From NCBI GenBank assembly GCA_044866005.1, contig JBIOTN010000138.1, forward strand, positions 1-40,769: 40,769 nt of DNA, written 5' to 3'. This stretch comes from Candidatus Rokuibacteriota bacterium. GTDB taxonomy: Bacteria > Methylomirabilota > Methylomirabilia > Rokubacteriales > DASRDR01. Below the pieces are notes generated by a model that saw nothing but the letters and a program-made list of their open reading frames with translations, made no database searches and was not told where the DNA came from. This document shows positions 1 to 9,379 of the stretch, in pieces (position 1 is the first letter of the stretch; each line of letters begins with the position of its first letter). The translations under genes and the position numbers were made by a program.

Positions 1-652
1 CCCCCGCCTCGGGGCCGGGCAGGACCAGGGCGGACGGCGCCGGGGCGGCCGCGATGGGCGCGGCGGGTAGGGCGGGGGCCAGGGCCGGCGCCGCAGGCCG
101 CGCCCCGGGAGCGGCGGGGGGCGCCGCGCCGGGACTCGCGGCGGCTCCCGCCACCGCGGCCGGCGGGAGCGGCGCCGCCGTCACCCGCGGCGGCGCGATC
201 GGCGGCGCGGGCGGGAGCGGGGGCGGCTCGACCCCGGCGCGCGCGGGCTCGGGCGGCCGGTTCGCGGGCGCCGCCGCGGCCGGCGGGCCCGGCGCGAGCG
301 CCGCGGGCGCCGGCGGAGCCGGGCGCGTCCGGGGCGCCGCGGGCGGCGCGACCGGGCCGGCGGGCGCGGCGGGTGGCGGCGCGGCGGTCGCGGGCGCGGG
401 GACCGGCCGGCTCGCCGGGGCCGGCGGGGCGATCACGGCGACGGCGGCCGGGGGCGCGGGCGGGGGGCCCGGGGCGGGCCGGAGCATCCAGAGGAGCGCG
501 GCCGCGTTCGCGAGGAGCACGAGCGCGACGAGCCACGGCGCCACGCCGCCGTCGCGCTTTCGACCCGCGACGTGGACGGTCTCCAGCGTCGGCACGCGCA
601 CGACCCGCCGCTCCCGCTCCGCCTTCCTCAGCGCGTCGAGGATGTAGGACAT
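1..652 (-). CDS. exeB: General secretion pathway protein B (ExeB/GspB-like), 3' end outside window
   Basis: Own translation from ATG at 652: MSYILDALRKAERERR..., the typical GspB N-terminus, then a TM segment and a Pro/Ala-rich linker; directly downstream of exeA. Confidence 0.85.
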   Translation of the reverse strand, partial: MSYILDALRKAERERRVVRVPTLETVHVAGRKRDGGVAPWLVALVLLANAAALLWMLRPAPGPPPAPPAAVAVIAPPAPASRPVPAPATAAPPPAAPAGPVAPPAAPRTRPAPPAPAALAPGPPAAAAPANRPPEPARAGVEPPPLPPAPPIAPPRVTAAPLPPAAVAGAAASPGAAPPAAPGARPAAPALAPALPAAPIAAAPAPSALVLPGPEAG

Positions 653-658
653 GGCGCG

Positions 659-2365
659 TCAGCGCTGTGGCGCCGACAGGGACGGCGTGCCGGGCTCACG
701 CGCGGCGAGCGTCAGGTGCGCGAGCGTCTCCTCGCCGACGATGCCGTCGGCCACGAGCCGCCGGCTCCGCTGGAACGCGATCACGCGCGCCTTCAAGAGC
801 TCGTCGTAGCGCTCGGGGTCCCCGGTCGCGGCCGCGCCGCCCTCCACCGCGGCGAGCCGCTGCCGGAGCCAGGCGGCGTCCTTGCCGCGCGCGCCGGGCC
901 GGATGAGGAGGCCGTCGAGCGCGGGCGGCTTCCACAAGAGCCAGAACGCCCCCGTCCAGTAGCGGTCCACCTCGGCGAGCGGCACCGTGTAGGCGCGCTC
1001 GGCGAGCTCGAGCGTCGCGCGCTCGTCGCCGAGCCGCGTCACCGTCGCCCAGTGCCGGTCGCCGGCCGGCGTCACCAGCTCGATGACGACCGGCACGTCG
1101 AAGGGCCTGAGCCGCATCCAGGTGCCCGCCCGGACGAGGCACCGCAGCTCGCCCATCCGCCCGTCCTCGCACGCGCGCGTGGGCGCCACGCCCGCCTGGT
1201 CCGGGTGCCACCGCGCGTAGAGCCGGGCGAGGGCGGCGGCCCGGTCGCTCTGGAGGCCCGGCGTGGCGAGCAGGTCGGCGAGCCTCGGCGTCGCGCCGGC
1301 CTCCGGAGCGGCCGTCGCGGGGGGGCGTGCCGCGGTCATCGTGACCGCGCTCGGCCGCGCGCTCGCGCGGCCGAGCGACGGGACGATCGACGTCAGCCGA
1401 GCCGGGCCGACCGCCACCCACGCGCCGGCGAGCGCCGCCGCGAGCCCCAGGGCCGCGAGCCCGAGCGCCGTGCGGGCGGGCGCCGGCCGCGCCCGCCGGC
1501 CCAGCACCTCGCGCGCGGCCTGGCGCGCGGTCCCCGCGTCGATCCGCTTCCGGTTGCTGGCGTAGGCGCCGAGGAGCGCCCGATCGCAGATCACGTTGAT
1601 GAGCCGCGGCACGCCCCCCGCGGCCCGATGGATCTCGCGGACGGCGCGCTCGCTGAACACGCGCCCGTCGTCGGCGGCCGGGTCGTCGCGCCCCGCGACC
1701 CGGAGGCGGTGATCGATGTAGTCGCGGGTCTCCGGGGGGGCGAAGGGCAGCAGGTGGTAGCGGGCCGTCACCCGCTGCGCGAGCTGGCGCAGCTCCGGCC
1801 GCGCCAGCATGGCGCCGAGCTCCGGTTGCCCGATCAGGATGATCTGGAGGAGCTTCTCCCGCTCCGTCTCGAGGTTCGTCAGCAGGCGGATCTGCTCCAG
1901 CACGTCCGGGCCGAGGTCCTGCGCCTCGTCGATGACGAGGACGGTCCGCCGGCCGGCGGCGTGCGCCTCGAGGAGGTGCCGGTCGAGGGCGTCCACGAGC
2001 TCCTTCAGGCTCGTCGTCTCCCGCGGGTAGGGGATCCGGAGCTCGTCGCAGATCGTGCCGACGAGCTCGAGGGCGGTGAGCCGCGGGTTCAGGATGAGCG
2101 CGACGTCCACCTCGGGCGGCAGCTCGGCCAGGAGCGCGCGGCAGAGCGTGGTCTTGCCCGTGCCGACCTCGCCGGTGAGCTGGACGAAGCCGCCGCCCTC
2201 CCCGATGCCCCACAGGAGGTGGGCGAGGGCCTCCCGGTGCCGCTCGCTCATGAAGAGGAAGCGCGGATCGGGGGCGATGGAGAACGGCGCGTCGGTCAGC
2301 CCGAAGTACGACGCGTAGAGCGCCCGGACGGGCCTGGGGTCACTGGAGAGCCGGCTCTGCGCCAT
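659..2365 (-). CDS. exeA: ExeA/GspA AAA ATPase with C-terminal peptidoglycan-binding domain
   Basis: YFGLTDAPFSIAPDPRFLF, Walker A GEVGTGKTT, Walker B VLVIDEAQ, PRLINVICDRAL, PG-binding FQ...LVADGIVG; start taken at ATG 2365. Confidence 0.92.
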   Translation of the reverse strand: MAQSRLSSDPRPVRALYASYFGLTDAPFSIAPDPRFLFMSERHREALAHLLWGIGEGGGFVQLTGEVGTGKTTLCRALLAELPPEVDVALILNPRLTALELVGTICDELRIPYPRETTSLKELVDALDRHLLEAHAAGRRTVLVIDEAQDLGPDVLEQIRLLTNLETEREKLLQIILIGQPELGAMLARPELRQLAQRVTARYHLLPFAPPETRDYIDHRLRVAGRDDPAADDGRVFSERAVREIHRAAGGVPRLINVICDRALLGAYASNRKRIDAGTARQAAREVLGRRARPAPARTALGLAALGLAAALAGAWVAVGPARLTSIVPSLGRASARPSAVTMTAARPPATAAPEAGATPRLADLLATPGLQSDRAAALARLYARWHPDQAGVAPTRACEDGRMGELRCLVRAGTWMRLRPFDVPVVIELVTPAGDRHWATVTRLGDERATLELAERAYTVPLAEVDRYWTGAFWLLWKPPALDGLLIRPGARGKDAAWLRQRLAAVEGGAAATGDPERYDELLKARVIAFQRSRRLVADGIVGEETLAHLTLAAREPGTPSLSAPQR

Positions 2366-2499
2366 GGGGTCTCGCTGCCGTCCCAGCATCTTGGCACCGT
2401 GGCGGCGAGGAGGCAAGCCTCCACGACCCCCCGCGTCTCGGGTATAGTCGTCCTCGGAGAGCCGCGCCGTCCACCCACCTGACAGGAGGCGACCCAGAC

Positions 2500-3096
2500 A
2501 TGGCCCAGCTCCGGATTCCCCTCGACGCCAAGCGGTTCGCGACCGGCCTCAGCTGGAAGGACTACCTCGCCCAGATGGGCGACACCCGGGCGCGCACCGA
2601 GGAGAACTACCAGAAGGCGACGCTCACGGAGGAGGAGCGGAAGTTCTTCGGCGGCATCGGCCAGGTGCGCCACGCGCTCATGCTCGCCGAGAACTGGTGC
2701 GGCGACGTCCACCGGAGCTCGCCGCTCCTCGCCCGGATCTGCGAGGCGATGCCGCAGTGCGACCTGCGCGTCTTCTTCCGGGACCAGAACCTCGACCTGA
2801 CCGACTGCTTCCTGAACAACGGCTACCGCTCCATCCCGGTCGTGGTCTTCTTCGACCAGGACTGGAACGAGATCGGCCGCTGGATCGAGCGGCCCCACGC
2901 CGGGACGCAGCGCATGTTCGCCATCCGCGCGAAGACCACCGAGGTCGCGCCGCCCGACCAGCAGGAGGCGGCGATGAACGAGTTCCGGAAGCAGTTCCTG
3001 GCCGCCTACCACGCCCCCGACGGGCTCTGGCGGGAGGCCGCCAAGGAGGTGCGCACCCTCCTCGAGACGCGCCTCGGCCTCGCGGTCGCGAGGTAG
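2500..3096 (+). CDS. Thioredoxin-like protein (Thioredoxin_9 type, WCGD motif)
   Basis: ENWCGD, RD.NLDL, NG.RSIP, WIERP motifs; AGGAGG RBS upstream. Confidence 0.85.
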   Translation: MAQLRIPLDAKRFATGLSWKDYLAQMGDTRARTEENYQKATLTEEERKFFGGIGQVRHALMLAENWCGDVHRSSPLLARICEAMPQCDLRVFFRDQNLDLTDCFLNNGYRSIPVVVFFDQDWNEIGRWIERPHAGTQRMFAIRAKTTEVAPPDQQEAAMNEFRKQFLAAYHAPDGLWREAAKEVRTLLETRLGLAVAR

Positions 3097-3120
3097 CGGA
3101 CCGGGGCGACTGCTTTTCGA

Positions 3121-3139
3121 GCGGCGGCTTTGCCGCCGC
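3121..3139. repeat. Perfect hairpin GCGGCGGC-TTT-GCCGCCGC between convergent genes
   Basis: 8-bp inverted repeat read directly. Confidence 0.7.
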
Positions 3140-3154
3140 AACGGTGGGGGGGCA

Positions 3155-3190
3155 TCGGGGGGGTCTTCCGAGACCCCCCCGAAGAAGCTA
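3155..3190 (-). repeat. REP-like palindromic repeat, copy 1
   Basis: Reverse complement TAGCTTCTTCGGGGGGGTCTCGGAAGACCCCCCCGA matches 29423-29458 at 34/36 nt; 11-bp stem. Confidence 0.85.
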
Positions 3191-4000
3191 CTGGAGCCAG
3201 GCGAGCATGGCCCACCCGCCGAGCATGACGAGGAGGATGGCGACGATCAGCCCCACGAGGGCCGACCGCGAATGCCCCCCGAACGGCAACACCTCGGCCT
3301 GACAGACGGTGCACCGGCTGCCCGCCTCCGGCCAGGTGATGACGCCGAGCTCGCATCGGCCGCAGCGCCATCCGCCGTCGGGCTCGGGCTCACACCAGTA
3401 CACGACGCCGCTCTCCGAGCTCACCGCGATCGAGCCGGACTTGATGGTCGCGTCGGGGGGCGCCGGCAACGCCCGCGGCGGCGCCGCCGAGGGTGCCGCC
3501 GGCCAGGCCGCCGCGGGGTCGGGCGGCACCGCGCTCGGCGTCAGGAGCGACGCGCGCCGCGTGACGACCGACGGCCGCGGGGCGAGCGCGCCCGCGGAGC
3601 CGGACGCCGCGGGTGCCCCGCCGGCCGCCCGGGCGCCCACCGGGCTCAGGACGCTCTGGATCACCGAGCGGAAGGCTTCGGCGGTGACCGGCTTGGGCAG
3701 GAACGCGAGCGCGCCCGCGTCGAAGGCGCGTTTCCGGGCGTCGGGCTCGTCCGAGCCGAGGATGACGAGGGGCGTGAACCGGTTGGCCGCGAGGCCGCCG
3801 ATCTTCAGGGCGAACGCGTAGCCCTCGCTGCCGGCCACCGTGATGTTGAGCACGATGCCGGCGTACGGGCTCGCGCCGAGCTTCGTCCGCGCCTCCTTCT
3901 CGTCCGTGACGGGGTCCACGGAATAGCCGGCGTCGCCCAGGACCTTCTGCTCCAGGCGGAGGAGAGCGGGATCGTCCTCGATCAGCAGGATCGTCTTCAC
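3188..4000 (-). CDS. Atypical response regulator: receiver domain, Pro/Ala linker, Cys-rich Zn-ribbon-like segment, C-terminal TM helix
   Basis: KTILLIEDD...GIVLNITV...FLPKP receiver; CGRC and CTVC pairs; hydrophobic C-terminus. Start is GTG 4000 or ATG 4042. Confidence 0.8.
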   Translation of the reverse strand: MKTILLIEDDPALLRLEQKVLGDAGYSVDPVTDEKEARTKLGASPYAGIVLNITVAGSEGYAFALKIGGLAANRFTPLVILGSDEPDARKRAFDAGALAFLPKPVTAEAFRSVIQSVLSPVGARAAGGAPAASGSAGALAPRPSVVTRRASLLTPSAVPPDPAAAWPAAPSAAPPRALPAPPDATIKSGSIAVSSESGVVYWCEPEPDGGWRCGRCELGVITWPEAGSRCTVCQAEVLPFGGHSRSALVGLIVAILLVMLGGWAMLAWLQ

Positions 4001-4140
4001 CGGATGCTCCGAGACAGTCGACGCAGAGAGTGAGATGAACATAACACCGGCCGTCCCGGAAGGCCGCAGAAAGCCGCGTCCCAAATGAGAAGCCCGGACC
4101 GCCGCCGGCGCCCACCCTCGGGCCAGGCGCGCGCCAGGCC

Positions 4141-4467
4141 GTGAAATCGTCCCGGCCCGCGCCGCGCCCGGCCGAGGCGCAGGCGACCCATCGCACCGCG
4201 CTCCGGGACGCGCTCCGGGCCGGCCCGCAGACCGCCCGCGAGCTCTCGGCCCGGGTCGGGCTCCCGGAGAAGCAGGTGGCCGGGCACCTCGAGCACCTCG
4301 GCCGCTCGCTCCGGGCCGCCGGCGAGCGGCTCCACGTCGAGCCCGCCCGCTGCCTCGACTGCGGCTTCGTCTTCCGCAAGCGCGACCGGCTGAGCCGGCC
4401 GTCCCGCTGCCCGGTCTGTCGCAGCGAGCGCCTGGACGCGCCCCGCTTCGCGATCCTCGCGGAATGA
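4141..4467 (+). CDS. HTH plus Zn-ribbon transcriptional regulator (COG3357-like)
   Basis: TARELS...EKQV..HLEHL HTH, PARCLDCGFVF, PSRCPVCRSE. Confidence 0.85.
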   Translation: MKSSRPAPRPAEAQATHRTALRDALRAGPQTARELSARVGLPEKQVAGHLEHLGRSLRAAGERLHVEPARCLDCGFVFRKRDRLSRPSRCPVCRSERLDAPRFAILAE

Positions 4468-5357
4468 CCGGCCGCCGGCTCTCCGAGCCCTCGTTCGCCT
4501 TCCTCCTCAACGCGCCGGCGCTCTTCGCGATCGTCCTGCTGGTCGGGTATCCGATCGTCTACTCCGCGTGGCTCAGCCTCCACCGCCTGAATCTCAAGCG
4601 CCCTGCCCTCTACCGGTTCATCGGCGTCGCGAACTACGTCACGCTCCTCGGCGCCGACGAGTTCTGGGCCGCCCTCGCCGTGACGCTCGCCTTCACCGCC
4701 CTCGCCGTGGCCCTGGTCGTCGTGCTCGCGATCCTCGTCGCCCTCCTGCTCAACGAGCGCTTTCCCGGTCGCGGCCTCGTCCGGACGCTGGTCCTGGTCC
4801 CCTGGGCGATCCCTCCGGTCGTCAACGGGCTCATGTGGCAGTGGATCTACGATGCCAAGGTCGGCGCCCTGAACGGGCTCCTGGTGACGCTCGGCGTCTT
4901 GTCAGGCTACCGGGGCTGGCTGTCGGATCCGACGAGCGCCCTCCTCGCCCTGGTGACGGCGCACGTCTGGAACGCCCTCCCGCTCGCCGTCATCCTGCTC
5001 CTCGCGGCGCTCCAGGGGATCCCGGTCGAGCTCTACGACGCCGGGCGCGTGGACGGCTCGGGCGGCTGGCGCCTGTTCCAGCACGTCACGTTGCCGTGGC
5101 TGGCCCAGCCGCTCCTCGTGGTCCTCGTGCTCCAGACCATGCTGGCGATCCGGGTCTTCGACGTCATCTACGTGCTGACCGCCGGCGGCCCGGGCACGGC
5201 GACCACCACGCTCGTCTGGCAGACCTACCTGACGACCTTCGACAGCCTTGACTTTGGCCTCGGCAATGCCTATGCGTATACCGTCAGCCTGCTCACTCTC
5301 GGGCTGGCGCTCGTGTACTTCCGCGTGCTCTACCGGCGAGGAGAATTCGAGGCGTGA
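4464..5357 (+). CDS. Carbohydrate (CUT1) ABC transporter permease
   Basis: Multiple TM helices, EAA-like loop LYDAGRVDGS, LTAGGPG motif. Confidence 0.93.
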   Translation: MTGRRLSEPSFAFLLNAPALFAIVLLVGYPIVYSAWLSLHRLNLKRPALYRFIGVANYVTLLGADEFWAALAVTLAFTALAVALVVVLAILVALLLNERFPGRGLVRTLVLVPWAIPPVVNGLMWQWIYDAKVGALNGLLVTLGVLSGYRGWLSDPTSALLALVTAHVWNALPLAVILLLAALQGIPVELYDAGRVDGSGGWRLFQHVTLPWLAQPLLVVLVLQTMLAIRVFDVIYVLTAGGPGTATTTLVWQTYLTTFDSLDFGLGNAYAYTVSLLTLGLALVYFRVLYRRGEFEA

Positions 5358-6256
5358 CGGCCGCCAAGCGCGATCTCGGCTCGTCGTCGGTCGCCCGGCG
5401 GCGCCGGCGGACCGCCTGGCTCACCCTCGCCGGCGTGGCGGTCGCCGCCTACGTCCTCCTGCCCTTCGCGTGGCTCGCGCTCACGAGCGTCATGAACGAG
5501 CAGGATGCGATGGCCGTGCCGCCTCACTGGGTGCCGGCGCGGCCGACGCTCGCCAACTACGCCACGTTCCTCGCGCCCGCCGGGACGCGCGCGGTCGTCG
5601 GGAGCCGGGCGGCCGAGAACACGGTGCCCGGCATCGTCAACTCGATCCTCGCCGCCACCGGCACGGCGGCCCTGAACCTGGCGCTGGGGGTCCTGGCGGG
5701 GTACAGCTTCGCCCGGCTGCGCTTCCGCGGCCGGGCGCCGCTGCTCTTGCTCTACCTCGGCTCACGGATGGTGCCCGGCATCGCCCTCATCGTGCCGCTC
5801 TACCTGGTCATCCAGCGGCTCGGCCTCCTCGACACCCTCCTGGCGCTCGTCCTCACCTATCTGACCTTCACCCTGCCGTTCACCATCTGGCTGCTCAAGA
5901 GCTACTTCCAGGGGATTCCCCGGGAGCTGGAGGAGGCGGCGCTCGTCGACGGTTGCAGCTTTCCGCGGATGGTGGGGCGGGTGCTGCTGCCCGTCGCGGC
6001 GCCCGGCCTCGTGGCCGCGGCCATGTTCGCCTTCATGACCGCCTGGAACGACTATCTGTTCGCGGTCATCCTGACCTCCAGCATGGCGGCGAAGACGGTC
6101 CCCGTCGTCGTCGCGGGCTTCGCCACCGACGTCACCACGGAGCGAACGCTGATGGCCGCGGGAGGAGTGCTGGCGGTCGTTCCGCCGCTGGTCCTCGCCT
6201 TCGCCTGCCAGCGGCTCATCGTCCAGGGACTCGTCTCGGGTGCGGTGAAGGGCTGA
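5354..6256 (+). CDS. Carbohydrate ABC transporter permease (MalG-like)
   Basis: IPRELEEAALVDG EAA motif, AWNDYLFA, GLVSGAVKG end; GTGA overlap with upstream gene. Confidence 0.93.
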   Translation: MTAAKRDLGSSSVARRRRRTAWLTLAGVAVAAYVLLPFAWLALTSVMNEQDAMAVPPHWVPARPTLANYATFLAPAGTRAVVGSRAAENTVPGIVNSILAATGTAALNLALGVLAGYSFARLRFRGRAPLLLLYLGSRMVPGIALIVPLYLVIQRLGLLDTLLALVLTYLTFTLPFTIWLLKSYFQGIPRELEEAALVDGCSFPRMVGRVLLPVAAPGLVAAAMFAFMTAWNDYLFAVILTSSMAAKTVPVVVAGFATDVTTERTLMAAGGVLAVVPPLVLAFACQRLIVQGLVSGAVKG

Positions 6257-6280
6257 GCCGCGCCAGAAAGGACACCGGCC

Positions 6281-7600
6281 ATGTCCCACGCGCTCTCTCG
6301 CCGTCGCTTCCTCGCCAGTGCCGGGGCCGGGCTCGGCCTCGCGGCCGCCGGCTGGCCCCGCCCCGTCGCGGCCGCCCAGACGGTCGTCCGCTTCTCGGGC
6401 TGGGCGTTCGAGCCGCAGGTCGTCGAGGCGAACGTGAGGCGCTTCATGGAGCAGAACCCGGACGTCAAGGTCGAGTACACCCCGCTCGACCTCCAGCTCT
6501 ACAACGAGAAGATGGTCGCGCTCTTCAACGCGGGCACCCAGCCCGACGCCTACTACGTCCGCGACATCAACCTGGGCGCCTGGGTCGAGGCCGGCTGGGT
6601 CCAGCCGATCGACGGGCTGCCGGGGCTGCCCGAGCTGGACCGCGACATCTTCCCGTTCAACGTGGAGGCCCTCGGCTACAAGGGCAAGCAGTACGGCACG
6701 CCCTACTACGGCGACATCTACGTCTACCTGTACGATCGGAAGCTCGCGCAGAAGGCGGGCGTGGAGAAGGGGCCGGTCACGCTCGACCAGCTCAAGCAGG
6801 CCGCGCTCGCCGTCAAGAAGGCGGGGCTCGCCGAGTACCCGATCCTCAAGGGCTTCAAGACGAACGTGGACGGGCTCAGCGAGTTCTGGTCGATGGTCTT
6901 CGCCTCCGGCGGAAACCTCTTCGACGAGGGGCTCGAGCCGCTCTACCCGGACCGGGACAAGACCGCGCTGGGCGTCCTGGAGTGGCTCGTCCAGGCGATC
7001 CACGACTGGAAGATCCTCGACCCCAGGGGGCTGGAGCTCGACGAGACGCAGGCCCGCGACGTGTTCGTCAACGGTCAGGGCGTGTTCACGTCGAACGTCG
7101 GCAACGTGCTCCCCCGCGCCAACAACCCGAAGCTCAGCAAGCGCGCGGGCGACATCGCGCCGGCCCGCTTCCCGGGTCTCAGCGATGCCGGCAAGGGGCC
7201 GATGGGGTGGACGCGGCTCTACTGCATCGACGCCAAGACCAGGGTAAAGGACGCGGCCTGGCGGCTCATCTACTACATGGGCGGCAAGGACAAGAACGGC
7301 GTCTACTACACGGCCAAGGACTGGTACTCGAAGTACGGCGTCGGCTACGCCTTCATGTCGCTCGACCGGGACCCGGAGATGATCAAGGTCCACCGGGATG
7401 CCGGCTGGGACCTCGAGGTCCGGAGCCAGCAGTACGCGACGGCTCGGGCGCGGACCAACATCAAGGCGCCCTGGTACAACGAGTGGGACCGCTTCACCCA
7501 GCAGCAGATCCAGAACGCGCTCGTCCGAAAGGCCAGCCCCCGGGACGCGCTGGCGGCGTCGGCGAACAAGGCGCGCGACCTCAAGAAGCAGTGGAGCTAG
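6281..7600 (+). CDS. Carbohydrate-type ABC substrate-binding protein with Tat signal
   Basis: SRRRFL twin-arginine signal; SBP_bac_1-like motifs (YKGKQYGTP). Confidence 0.9.
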   Translation: MSHALSRRRFLASAGAGLGLAAAGWPRPVAAAQTVVRFSGWAFEPQVVEANVRRFMEQNPDVKVEYTPLDLQLYNEKMVALFNAGTQPDAYYVRDINLGAWVEAGWVQPIDGLPGLPELDRDIFPFNVEALGYKGKQYGTPYYGDIYVYLYDRKLAQKAGVEKGPVTLDQLKQAALAVKKAGLAEYPILKGFKTNVDGLSEFWSMVFASGGNLFDEGLEPLYPDRDKTALGVLEWLVQAIHDWKILDPRGLELDETQARDVFVNGQGVFTSNVGNVLPRANNPKLSKRAGDIAPARFPGLSDAGKGPMGWTRLYCIDAKTRVKDAAWRLIYYMGGKDKNGVYYTAKDWYSKYGVGYAFMSLDRDPEMIKVHRDAGWDLEVRSQQYATARARTNIKAPWYNEWDRFTQQQIQNALVRKASPRDALAASANKARDLKKQWS

Positions 7601-8361
7601 ACGGCCTCTACTGTCTGGAGCGCCAGGGAGCAGAGCCGGCCGTCCTCTGTGTCCACGGCTACTGCCAGTCGTCCGCCTACTGGGCGCCGACGCTCGACCG
7701 GCTGGCCCGGGCGGGGCGCCGCGGCCTGGCCCCCGATCTTCCCGGGTTCGGCGCCTCCGCGCGCATGGCTGGCCCCTACACGATGGAAGCCTACGCGGAC
7801 GTCCTGGCGGCCCTGCTCGACGCGCGCGGTCTCGAGCAGATCGCGCTGGTCGGCGGCTCGATGGGCGGCGTCGTCGCGCAGCACTTCGCCCTCCGCCACC
7901 CGAAGCGGCTCGCCCGGCTGCTCCTCGTCGCGACCGGCGCCGCCATGGCCGACCCCGCCGCGGGACGCGCCCGGGCCGAGGCGGTGGCGGGCGCCCCGTG
8001 GAACGAGGCCGCGGTCCAGCCCATCGTCGCCGGCTTCTTCCGGGCGCCCCCGCCCCCCCACGCCCTCGCGCGCTACCAGGCGATCGCCCTGCTGGCGTCG
8101 CACGCCGCGGCCGTCGAGGCGGCGCGGTCGAACGCCGGTTCGCGCACCCTCGACCGGCTGGCGGAGATCCGGGCGCCCACGCTCGTCATCCAGGGGCGCC
8201 ACGATCGGGTGCGCACGCCGGAGCACGGGGCCGGGATGCGCGACCGCATCCCCGGCGCGCGCCTCGAGGTCCTCGAGCACTGCGGGCACACGCCGCAGCT
8301 CGAGGCGCCGGAGGAGTTCCACCGCCTCGCGCTTTCCTTCCTCCTGGGCCCCCGCCAGTGA
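7591..8361 (+). CDS. Alpha/beta-fold hydrolase
   Basis: HGY oxyanion motif, PDLPGFG, nucleophile GGSMGG, CGHTPQLE; GTG start overlapping the SBP stop. Confidence 0.88.
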   Translation: MELDGLYCLERQGAEPAVLCVHGYCQSSAYWAPTLDRLARAGRRGLAPDLPGFGASARMAGPYTMEAYADVLAALLDARGLEQIALVGGSMGGVVAQHFALRHPKRLARLLLVATGAAMADPAAGRARAEAVAGAPWNEAAVQPIVAGFFRAPPPPHALARYQAIALLASHAAAVEAARSNAGSRTLDRLAEIRAPTLVIQGRHDRVRTPEHGAGMRDRIPGARLEVLEHCGHTPQLEAPEEFHRLALSFLLGPRQ

Positions 8362-8377
8362 GCGCAAGAGGCGCGTG

Positions 8378-9316
8378 ATGCCGATCCGGGCCTGGGCCTG
8401 GGAGACGGCGCTGACGGGCGTCGTCCCGCCGCTCATCTCGCCGCTCGGCCGCGACGGCGAGCCGGACGCCGGGGCGCTCGGGGCGCTGGTCGAGCACGTC
8501 CTGGCGGGCGGGGCGAGCGGGCTGTTCGTGCTCGGCGGCTGCGGGGAAGGGGCCTGGCTGACCGCGGCTCAGCGCGGGGCCGTCATCCGCGCGGCGGTCA
8601 AGCGCGCGGGCGGGCGCGCACCGGTGCTGGCGGGCGTCATGCTGCCGGCGAGCGGGCCGGCCGTCGAGGCCGCGCGGCAGGCCGCGGGCGAAGGGGCGGA
8701 CGCGGTCGTGGTGGGCTCGCCCTATTACCTGCCGGTGGACGCGGGCGCGCAGGCGCGGCACGTCGAGGCGGCGCTGGCGGCGGTCCCGGTGCCTGCCCTC
8801 CTCTACAACATCCCCCAGGCGACCCACCACGTCCTGGCCCCGGAGACCGTGACGGCGCTGGCGCGCGAGCCGCGGATCGTCGGGATCAAGGACTCGGCCG
8901 GGGACTTCCAGGCCTTCCAGGCCTTCCTCGCCGTCCGGCGCGCGCGCCCCGACTTCCGCGTCCTCCAGGGCGCCGAGGCACTCGCCGCGGCGAGCCTCCT
9001 CCAGGGGGCGGACGGGCTGGTCCCGGGGCTCGGAAACGTCGCCCCGCGGCTGTGCGTCCGCCTCCGCGACGCCGCGCGGCGTGGCGACATCGCGGCCTGC
9101 CGGCAGCTGCAAGAGGAGATCGCCGATCTCGCCACGGTGTACGCGCAGGGGCACTGGCTGCCGGCGCTGAAGGCGGCGTGCGCGCTCCTCGGGCTCGGCG
9201 ATGGGCGTCCCGCGCCCCCGCTCCTGCCGGCCACGCCCGGCGAGCGCGAGGCCGTCGCCGCCGTCCTCCGCCGGCGCGGTCTGCGCCCCGCCGACGTGGC
9301 CCGGGCGGCCCCTTGA
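8378..9316 (+). CDS. DapA/NAL-family lyase (probably a catabolic aldolase or dehydratase, not DapA)
   Basis: LYNIP, GIKDS Schiff-base Lys; GGCGE instead of GTTGE. Confidence 0.88.
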   Translation: MPIRAWAWETALTGVVPPLISPLGRDGEPDAGALGALVEHVLAGGASGLFVLGGCGEGAWLTAAQRGAVIRAAVKRAGGRAPVLAGVMLPASGPAVEAARQAAGEGADAVVVGSPYYLPVDAGAQARHVEAALAAVPVPALLYNIPQATHHVLAPETVTALAREPRIVGIKDSAGDFQAFQAFLAVRRARPDFRVLQGAEALAAASLLQGADGLVPGLGNVAPRLCVRLRDAARRGDIAACRQLQEEIADLATVYAQGHWLPALKAACALLGLGDGRPAPPLLPATPGEREAVAAVLRRRGLRPADVARAAP

Positions 9317-9353
9317 CAGGGCGCGCGCCGTCCTGCTAACTGATCGACCAATT
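9313..9353 (+). promoter_or_regulatory. Putative sigma70 promoter with adjacent palindromic operator
   Basis: TTGACA at 9313-9318, weak -10 region near 9336, imperfect palindrome AACTGATCGACCAATT at 9338-9353; GGAGG RBS before 9380. Confidence 0.55.
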
Positions 9354-9379
9354 TCACGGTATCCAGAGGGAGGCGCCTC

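Noticed and set aside
54..647. Gly/Ala-rich plus-strand ORF
   Set aside because: Antisense of the Pro/Ala-rich linker of exeB
8378..9316. Assigning dapA
   Set aside because: GGCGE replaces GTTGE and the context is catabolic
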